Origin: a virus
Lineage: Duplodnaviria; Caudoviricetes
DNA: 53,840 bases
Reading direction: 5' to 3' (one strand)
IMG/VR virus record: IMGVR_UViG_3300007511_000030
Location: 1 to 53,840 of that record
Shown here one piece after another: positions 47,041-53,840 of the stretch. Under the pieces are notes generated by a model. That model ran no database searches and had not been told where the DNA came from. It saw only the letters and a list, made by a program, of their open reading frames with translations. The translations under genes were made by a program, and so were the position numbers. Every line of letters starts with the position of its first letter. Position 1 is the first letter of the stretch.

Positions 47041-48728
47041 CAGCCGTCTCAAAGAAGGCCGCGGCTCAGCACCTTCTGAAACTTAAAAACGCTGAGGAGT
47101 CGTTTGAGGGCTTCGTACGGACGCTGCATCCCACATGGGAAATACCAGAGTTCCAGATAAAACTCATCACAGCGCTCGATCTACTCGAGAGGGGTGAACT
47201 CAAGTCCGGGTTCACAAACAAGATGACCATCAGACGGCCCGAACATCCGTCAAAACTTCACCCGGACAACTTCAAGGGCGACCCGATCAACAACATCTTG
47301 ATCAATATGCCCCCCCGTTTCGCGAAGAGCACCTTCTCAACGATGTATTTCCCTGCTTATTACATCCTGAAGAATCCCAGACGATACGTCATGAGCTGCT
47401 CGTACAACTCTCAGCTCTCCACAGACTTCGGCCGCCAGGTCCGAAACGTGGTTCAGGAGTTTTGGATCTCCCAGGCATTCCCCCAGTTCGAGATGTCGCA
47501 AGACTCCCGAGCTGCTGACGTCTGGCGCACGTCTGAATACGGCGCATATTTCGGAGTCGGCATCGGGGGCACCACATCTGGCCGCCCCGCCAACCTCTTG
47601 ATAGTCGATGACCCGGTCAAGGCGCGCGAAGAGGCCGAAAGCGCCACCATGCGCAACAAGATCTGGGACTACTACACCTCAGCACTCAATACCCGACTCC
47701 AACCTGAAGAAAACGGGGCGCCTCCCAAGACGATCGTCATCCTAACCCGCTGGCATCCAGACGATCTCGCTGGCCGTCTGATCCAAACTGACGACTGGAA
47801 AGAAGGCAGATGGCTCCATATCAATTTCCCCGCTGTCAAAAACATCGAGTCAGATTTCGATAGTCCCGTCTGGGAACTCCCAGAGGACGACCCCCGGTAT
47901 ATACCTCGAGGCAAACTACATACAGTCAGTAAACGAAAACGCTACTACAGGAAGCAGATAGAACAGGCGCTTTGGCCAGAACGATTCCCCCTGGAAGATC
48001 TGAAAAGGCGCGAGCGCCTCAACCCCCGCGAGTTCGCCGCCCTCTATCAGCAGACCCCCTATATCGCTGGTGGAAACATTCTCAAATCCGAGTGGTGGAA
48101 ATTTTACGCCGACGATCTAAGACCCGCACGCTTCAGCTCCATCGTTATTGCGGCAGCCACCGCGTTCAAGAAAACAGAAACATCTGACTACTCCGCCTTC
48201 ATCGTCATTGGCCTCGCCCATGACGGCGACATGTACATCCTCGACATCATAAGGAAACGATACGACTTCCCCGAGCTGAAACAAGCCGCCATCTCCCTAA
48301 ACAACACCTGGCGCGGCAAAGGACTTCGAGGCCTCTACATCGAAGACAAGGCGTCTGGCCAGTCTTTAATTCAGGAACTCAAACGCGAATCCGGCATCTC
48401 CGTTATTCCCTACAAGGTCAACAACGACAAGGTTGCACGCGTCAACTCAGTCACGCCCTTCATCGAAGGCGGCCGAGTATGGCTGCCCAAAACAGCCAAG
48501 TGGGTCGACGATTTCATCGAAGAAACCCTGGCCTTCCCGTCTGGCACTTACGACGATCAGGTAGACGCGCTTTCAATCGGTCTCGACTCCCTGTCTCGCC
48601 AGAATGCCTCACCAGACATGGTCGACTGGGATATCGACGTTTCCAAGTCATTAAACAACCGCTGGCACGATTTTCGAGATTCACTCAACTCTAATTTCCG
48701 CCCCCGATTTAAGGGCTGGGGTTTGTGA
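47037..48728 (+). CDS. terL: Terminase large subunit
   Basis: INMPPRFAKST, GGTTSGRPAN, LLIVDDPVK, TRWHPDDLAGRL, ALYQQTP, IEDKASG, FPSGTYDDQVDA. Confidence 0.95.
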   Translation: MTAVSKKAAAQHLLKLKNAEESFEGFVRTLHPTWEIPEFQIKLITALDLLERGELKSGFTNKMTIRRPEHPSKLHPDNFKGDPINNILINMPPRFAKSTFSTMYFPAYYILKNPRRYVMSCSYNSQLSTDFGRQVRNVVQEFWISQAFPQFEMSQDSRAADVWRTSEYGAYFGVGIGGTTSGRPANLLIVDDPVKAREEAESATMRNKIWDYYTSALNTRLQPEENGAPPKTIVILTRWHPDDLAGRLIQTDDWKEGRWLHINFPAVKNIESDFDSPVWELPEDDPRYIPRGKLHTVSKRKRYYRKQIEQALWPERFPLEDLKRRERLNPREFAALYQQTPYIAGGNILKSEWWKFYADDLRPARFSSIVIAAATAFKKTETSDYSAFIVIGLAHDGDMYILDIIRKRYDFPELKQAAISLNNTWRGKGLRGLYIEDKASGQSLIQELKRESGISVIPYKVNNDKVARVNSVTPFIEGGRVWLPKTAKWVDDFIEETLAFPSGTYDDQVDALSIGLDSLSRQNASPDMVDWDIDVSKSLNNRWHDFRDSLNSNFRPRFKGWGL

Positions 48729-48733
48729 ACTAG

Positions 48734-48765
48734 GGGACGACCCCAAGCCAAACTAGAAGGACAAT
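48734..48765 (+). promoter_or_regulatory. Putative late promoter, copy 6 (portal)
   Basis: GGGACGA at 48734-48740, 19 nt, GACAAT at 48760-48765; ATG at 48772. Confidence 0.78.
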
Positions 48766-48771
48766 CCCTGC

Positions 48772-50658
48772 ATGGCCGCTTACCACGATTTACAAGTAAA
48801 CGAGGACAGAATCATTGTTGATCTGTCCAAGTATGTTGAGCCCCTAACCGATTACCAGGACATCGCGCATCTCCTGACAGACGAAGAAGAGCGACGGCTC
48901 GTCGACTATGTCAAATCTTGCGTAGATATGTCCTATTCGCGCATCTCGCGTCGATACGATCATTGGACGGAAGCAGACCGTGCGCACGACGTCTACGTCC
49001 CGACCAATACGACCGAGTTCAGAGAAAAGGCCGTAATCGCTGATACCAGGGCCATTGCCGATACCGTCCTCACTTACATGATGGCGGCTCTCGCTGGCCG
49101 AAACCCGATGTTTCAACTCGAGGGACTCAACCGAAAATCAAGAAAGGTGGGCATGATACTGGAGCGTGTTCTTCATCAACAGATGAGACGCACTGCCGGA
49201 GAAGCTCGCATCGCACAGATGCTATTGGACTCCATCCGTTATGGATTTGCCCCTACGAAGATAGTGTGGGACGGTCAGTCAAACCAAAACAAGATAGTCA
49301 ACTTTGACCCACGTCGGGTCTTTCCTGACCCCAGGGTTTCCTGGGGTGACTGGGCTTCAATGCAGTTCATTGTATTCACCCAGTACCAGACATTTAACAG
49401 TCTGGAACGATCAGGCCTATACCCAAAACTGAAACGATACCCCGGCCTCCGAACCAAACTCGGATCTCCTCGCGTTGGATGGCAAGCACACCAATTCCAC
49501 GCTGAGGAAGGCCGTGGTCTATCCATAGACCCCCAAGACCCCCACAAGACAGACACCACCTGGCAGCTAGGCGACTCCCGCCCGGTAGACGAGTGTTGGG
49601 TAAACCTGGCTGGATGGGAGATCGGGATACCACAAATCGAACAGATCTGGCTGCTAATCACAATTCTCGATGAAAACGTCGTACTCAGATTCCAACTAAA
49701 CCCATACGGCCAACAGTTCCCCGTCATCATCGGCGGGCTATACAACGACTCCCACAAAACCTATGGCCAATCACTATACGATCTAATTCTTCCGCTGCAC
49801 GACATCGCCACATGGATGCTTAGATCCCGTATAGATAACGTCCAAGCAGCACTAAACAATCTCATCTTCGTTGACCCCACTCAAGTCAGCGTTCCCGATC
49901 TCATAGACCGCAACCCCTGGGGCGTCGTCCGCACCCTCCCTGGCGCGAAGCCCGGTGATGGCGTATTCATCGCCGAAGTCCCAGACGTCACTCGCGGCTA
50001 CTGGAACGACATGGCTGCCCTGTCTGAGCTCAAGCAGCGTGTATCCGCAGCCAGTGACGCCCAGCAGGGTGTACCCACACCAGACGTACGAACCGCTACC
50101 GAAATTCAACGCCTCACCCAGCTCGGCTCACAACGTCTTGGTGTTCTATCTCGAATCATGTCTGCCACCACGATACGGCCCATGGTACGGATGATGGTGT
50201 CCAACATACAGGATGCTTTGGACTACCAGGGCTCAATCCGTATCGACGAGTACAACATGCCCAGCCAGTTATCCACGATGGTGGATGACGGATACATCGA
50301 CTTCGACACTTCTTCCGATCTCCAGGGCAAGGTCGACTACCTCGTCGTAGACGGCACCCTGCCCCTCGAACCCACCCGCAACGCCGAGACCTGGATGAAC
50401 ATGCTCCAGATCATGGCTCAGACGGGTCTCAACATGGAGTACAAGATGGGCAAGATCGCAGAAGAGGCGATTCGCGCCCTTGGCATCTCAGATCTCGATC
50501 AATTCCGCATCAGCGAAGAGGAGCGCAACCAGGGGATGTCCCCCAGTCAGGAGCTCGCCATGATGGAAAAGATGCGCGGCGCAACAGTCCAGCCTCAAGA
50601 GCAGATTCAAAATGAAGTATCCAAAGGCAACCTCGTACCCATATCGGAGGCCGCATGA
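48772..50658 (+). CDS. Portal protein
   Basis: 628 aa after TerL; DSIRYG, YGQSL, RTATEI motifs of P22/SU10-like portals. Confidence 0.88.
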   Translation: MAAYHDLQVNEDRIIVDLSKYVEPLTDYQDIAHLLTDEEERRLVDYVKSCVDMSYSRISRRYDHWTEADRAHDVYVPTNTTEFREKAVIADTRAIADTVLTYMMAALAGRNPMFQLEGLNRKSRKVGMILERVLHQQMRRTAGEARIAQMLLDSIRYGFAPTKIVWDGQSNQNKIVNFDPRRVFPDPRVSWGDWASMQFIVFTQYQTFNSLERSGLYPKLKRYPGLRTKLGSPRVGWQAHQFHAEEGRGLSIDPQDPHKTDTTWQLGDSRPVDECWVNLAGWEIGIPQIEQIWLLITILDENVVLRFQLNPYGQQFPVIIGGLYNDSHKTYGQSLYDLILPLHDIATWMLRSRIDNVQAALNNLIFVDPTQVSVPDLIDRNPWGVVRTLPGAKPGDGVFIAEVPDVTRGYWNDMAALSELKQRVSAASDAQQGVPTPDVRTATEIQRLTQLGSQRLGVLSRIMSATTIRPMVRMMVSNIQDALDYQGSIRIDEYNMPSQLSTMVDDGYIDFDTSSDLQGKVDYLVVDGTLPLEPTRNAETWMNMLQIMAQTGLNMEYKMGKIAEEAIRALGISDLDQFRISEEERNQGMSPSQELAMMEKMRGATVQPQEQIQNEVSKGNLVPISEAA

Positions 50659-50927
50659 GCGATCACGTTTATGAAGCGTTAAAACCAGACGTCGGCCCCA
50701 AGGTCGGCGATTTTGTAGACGCTGCCCGCAACATTATCGACACCGAACTGAATCACCAGGTCGATCTCCTGTATGGCGAGATCTCCCGTCTCGAAGTCCA
50801 GATAAAAATGATGCAGCAGCGCATTAAAGATCTCGAAGGCAAAGAGCCTTCCCCAGAAGATGACAAGTACGCCCTTACCAAAAAGAAACTTGTCAGCTTC
50901 ATGAAATCACAAGGATGGTATGACTGA
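50655..50927 (+). CDS. Hypothetical coiled-coil protein
   Basis: GGAGG RBS; ATGA coupling. Confidence 0.7.
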   Translation: MSDHVYEALKPDVGPKVGDFVDAARNIIDTELNHQVDLLYGEISRLEVQIKMMQQRIKDLEGKEPSPEDDKYALTKKKLVSFMKSQGWYD

Positions 50928-52600
50928 TGGCCCAAACCCGCCCAGAATCAGAACAAGTACGTTTTGAATCTTCCAAGACCGGATCGCACAACCTCGACAC
51001 TTATCTCGAGGCGTGCGAGAAAGGCACTCGTACGATGTACGACATGCTCGACGACATCTTCAACTCGTCTGGCGCGTTTGATTCAACTGTATTCGAATTT
51101 CGAATTGACGACTCCACCAGAAAATTCCAGGTCCGCATCGGAACCTTCTCTTCCCCCGCCGCTGGCTGGACGGATGTCACAAACCCCTACATGTTTGTAC
51201 AGCGCGGCACTTGGGCCGCCTCTACCGCATATAACGAAACTGACATCGTTACCCATAGCAACAGCACATACATGGCGGTCAATGCGCACACCTCAAGCGG
51301 ATCCGCCCCAAGTAGCACCGACTTCGGTGTAATCATCGATGGCGCCGCCCTAACCACATCAGAAAATAACGCAGCCACATCAGAAACCAACGCCGCCACA
51401 TCAGCCACCGACGCGGCCACATCAGAAACCAATGCCGCGTCCAGCGCCTCCACCGCGCAAGACTGGGCCGAAAAAACATCTGGCCCCGTAACCGGCACAT
51501 CCTACTCCTCTAAATACTGGGCAACCCAAGCCGATGTCGGCACCGTCGCCTCGAACATCACCGACATCACCACTGTCGCGGGCAAAGCCACCGAAATTGG
51601 ACGCCTCGGCACTGCCGACGCCGTCGCAGACATGGCCATCCTCGGCACTACCGACGTAGTAGCCGATATGAACACCCTCGCCACAGCAGACATCGTCGCA
51701 GACATGAACACGCTCGCCACCGCCGATGTGGTCTCCGACATGAACACGCTGGCGACTGCCGACATAGTGGCCGACATGAACACTCTCGCGACCGCCGATG
51801 TCGTCGCGGACATGAACACACTCGGCACCGCAGACGTAGTGGCAGACATGAACACTCTAGCCACGGCAGACATCGTTGCCGACATGAACACACTGGCAAC
51901 TGCGGACGTAGTCTCGGACATGAACACCCTTGCGACCGCAGACATCGTTGCTGACATGAATACGCTTGCCACCAGCGCAAACGTAACCAACATGGCGACC
52001 GTCGCAAACGACATCACCAACGTCAACACCACGGCCTCAAACATAACCGGCGTCAACTCATTCGCTGAAAAATACCGCGTCCAAGCCAGCGCGCCCACGA
52101 CATCCCTAGACTCCGGCGATCTCTGGTACGACACCACCAACGACGCTATGAAGGTCTTTGACGGCTCATCCTTCGTAACCTCCGCTGGCTTCGCCTCGTT
52201 CGCTACAACGGATATGACCGACGTATCCAGCACTACAGCCACAAACGGCCAAGTCCTCAAATACGTCTCCGGCTCCACCACCTACGTCCCCACCTCCCTA
52301 GCCAACACTGACATCTCTGGCTTGGGCAACGCCGCAACGAAAGACGTAGGAACTACATCCACCGAGGTCGCCGCAGGCGATCACAACCACTCTGGCGTCT
52401 ACGCCACTGCAAGCCACAACCACACCGGAACTTACGAACCCGCAGACGCCGCAATCCAGACCCACATCATCAACACCACCAAGCACCGAGAGATCGACGA
52501 CGCCGCTACTGGGACGACAGATCTGTGGTCTGCATCGAAAATCAACACGCAAATTACGGCCCTTGGCGACCCAGTCGTGATGGCCATCGCACTGGGCTAA
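50927..52600 (+). CDS. Tail fibre protein with coiled-coil repeats
   Basis: RGTWAASTAY domain, AATSETN heptads, 12-aa repeats, GDLWYDT and C-terminal MAIALG. Confidence 0.8.
   Translation: MAQTRPESEQVRFESSKTGSHNLDTYLEACEKGTRTMYDMLDDIFNSSGAFDSTVFEFRIDDSTRKFQVRIGTFSSPAAGWTDVTNPYMFVQRGTWAASTAYNETDIVTHSNSTYMAVNAHTSSGSAPSSTDFGVIIDGAALTTSENNAATSETNAATSATDAATSETNAASSASTAQDWAEKTSGPVTGTSYSSKYWATQADVGTVASNITDITTVAGKATEIGRLGTADAVADMAILGTTDVVADMNTLATADIVADMNTLATADVVSDMNTLATADIVADMNTLATADVVADMNTLGTADVVADMNTLATADIVADMNTLATADVVSDMNTLATADIVADMNTLATSANVTNMATVANDITNVNTTASNITGVNSFAEKYRVQASAPTTSLDSGDLWYDTTNDAMKVFDGSSFVTSAGFASFATTDMTDVSSTTATNGQVLKYVSGSTTYVPTSLANTDISGLGNAATKDVGTTSTEVAAGDHNHSGVYATASHNHTGTYEPADAAIQTHIINTTKHREIDDAATGTTDLWSASKINTQITALGDPVVMAIALG
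51607..51972 (+). repeat. 36-bp (12-aa) coding tandem repeat, about 10 units
   Basis: DMNTL starts at 51665, 51701 ... 51953 with 36-bp period; third codon positions have diverged. Confidence 0.9.
52511..52542 (+). promoter_or_regulatory. Putative late promoter, copy 7, inside the tail fibre 3' end
   Basis: GGGACGA at 52511-52517, 19 nt, GAAAAT at 52537-52542; about 60 nt before ATG 52605. Confidence 0.6.
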
Positions 52601-52604
52601 ATCT

Positions 52605-52943
52605 ATGGCAAACACTTTCAAACTCAAGACCGACACGGCTGTCGGAACCACACTCACGACCGTCTACACCGTCCCCGCCGCAACCACAACGGTAATGATC
52701 GGCGCAGTTCTGGCGAACATTACCGCAAGCCAGATCAAAGCCAATGTACAGATCGTCACCGCTTCAACCACTGGCGAGAACGCAGACGACGTGTACCTCA
52801 TTAAAGAACTCCCGATCCCGACCGGCTCCTCCTTTGAACTCATCGAAGGCAAGGTCGTGCTCGAAGCAGGCGACATCATCAAGGTCGAATCGGACACCGC
52901 CTCGTCCCTCGACGTAGCACTGAGCGTACTGGAGCAGACCTAA
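52605..52943 (+). CDS. Tail-fibre-associated small protein
   Basis: MANTFK...VYTVPAATT...KVVLEAGD pattern that usually follows MAIALG-ending fibres in aquatic phages. Confidence 0.75.
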   Translation: MANTFKLKTDTAVGTTLTTVYTVPAATTTVMIGAVLANITASQIKANVQIVTASTTGENADDVYLIKELPIPTGSSFELIEGKVVLEAGDIIKVESDTASSLDVALSVLEQT

Positions 52944-52944
52944 G

Positions 52945-53840
52945 ATGGGCTACAAAGGCGTCGTAACCAATAAGTCCTCAAACATAAGGCGTCTCAACGT
53001 CACTGGCTCGACCAGTGCAACCCATACGCTGACATGGACGGCTCCCAACGAGCAATCCCTTATCGTCACGATTAACGGCGTCAAACAGCACGAAGATGCC
53101 TATAGCGTATCCGGCACAACCCTGACCCTGACTTCGGCCCTTATCTCAACCGACAAACTTGAAGTCATCGGCATAAACGACATCGGCACGACGATTACTC
53201 CCGCGCAAAACTCTGTCACGGCAGACACCATCGCAGACGGCGTAATTACCAACGCCAAGATTGATGCTTCAGCGGCGATAGCCAAAACCAAACTCGCATC
53301 CCTCGACATAGTGAACGCAGATGTCAACGCATCAGCGGCAATCGCTCAGAGCAAGTTATCACTGGACATAACAAACTCTAACGTTAATGCTTCAGCCGCA
53401 ATCGCTCAGAGCAAACTGGCTAACGTCCCTTACTACACCAGTTCTGCCACTGCGCCAACATCACCAACTCCAGTGGCGGGTGATATTTGGTACGACAGTG
53501 CAAATCAGTCAATGAAGAATTACACGGGGACTCTTTGGAAGGCGATGAGTCAGATATTTATCGCCACAGGCGGAACAGTAACCACTGATGGAAGTTATAA
53601 AGTCCATACATTCACTTCAAGCGGAACATTTGAGGTTACTTCCGGTGAGTCGGGTGTAGATTTAATGATTGTCGGCGGCGGAGGCGGCGGTGGTGGCGGC
53701 ACAAACACGATTGCCGGTGCTGGAGGTGGTGGCGGTGTCTTATATAAAACTTCCCACGATTTAACGGTTGGTTCCACAACGATAACAATCGGCGCTGGGG
53801 CCGCTGGCGTGATAACTACAAACACTGCGGCTTCTCAAGG
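52945..53840 (+). CDS. Tail fibre with glycine-rich domain, truncated by the window end
   Basis: Open from ATG 52945 to the end: INGVKQ, AAIAQSKL repeats, ATGGTVTTDGSYKVHTFTSSGTF, IVGGGGGGG. Confidence 0.8.
   Translation, partial: MGYKGVVTNKSSNIRRLNVTGSTSATHTLTWTAPNEQSLIVTINGVKQHEDAYSVSGTTLTLTSALISTDKLEVIGINDIGTTITPAQNSVTADTIADGVITNAKIDASAAIAKTKLASLDIVNADVNASAAIAQSKLSLDITNSNVNASAAIAQSKLANVPYYTSSATAPTSPTPVAGDIWYDSANQSMKNYTGTLWKAMSQIFIATGGTVTTDGSYKVHTFTSSGTFEVTSGESGVDLMIVGGGGGGGGGTNTIAGAGGGGGVLYKTSHDLTVGSTTITIGAGAAGVITTNTAASQ

Noticed and set aside
51607-51972. CRISPR array suggested by the 36-bp periodicity
   Set aside because: There are no unique spacers, and variation is synonymous within an open frame, so it is a protein repeat.
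50927-53840. Diversity-generating retroelement acting on the tail fibres
   Set aside because: No reverse transcriptase or template/variable repeat pair was seen in the window.

Overview
A large part of a tailed dsDNA phage genome with podovirus-like organisation. It is probably temperate and probably infects a proteobacterium. The window looks circularly permuted and is incomplete: both ends cut genes, and no endolysin is visible. On the + strand, 1-23.9 kb holds the scaffold, major capsid, tail adaptor/nozzle, a tail protein, a small DDxxD protein and four putative ejection proteins, the last a 3436-aa polyvalent protein with zincin and ADP-ribosyltransferase-like domains. The 23.9-33.5 kb block covers recombination and replication (Cas4-like exonuclease, SSB, Sak4, Cro-like HTH, PrimPol-helicase, Holliday junction resolvase) plus small accessory genes. 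An attP matching the 5' half of tRNA-Ser(GCT) and a tyrosine integrase lie at 33.6-34.8 kb. A leftward early operon at 34.8-45.5 kb includes a LuxR-type HTH, many unknowns and CobT/CobS-like genes. The 45.6-53.8 kb block holds TerS, TerL, portal and tail fibre genes. The most striking non-coding signal is a 7-copy, fixed-spacing putative late promoter (GGGACGA-N22-AAT) in front of packaging and structural genes. All calls come from reading motifs and synteny by eye; no database searches were run.
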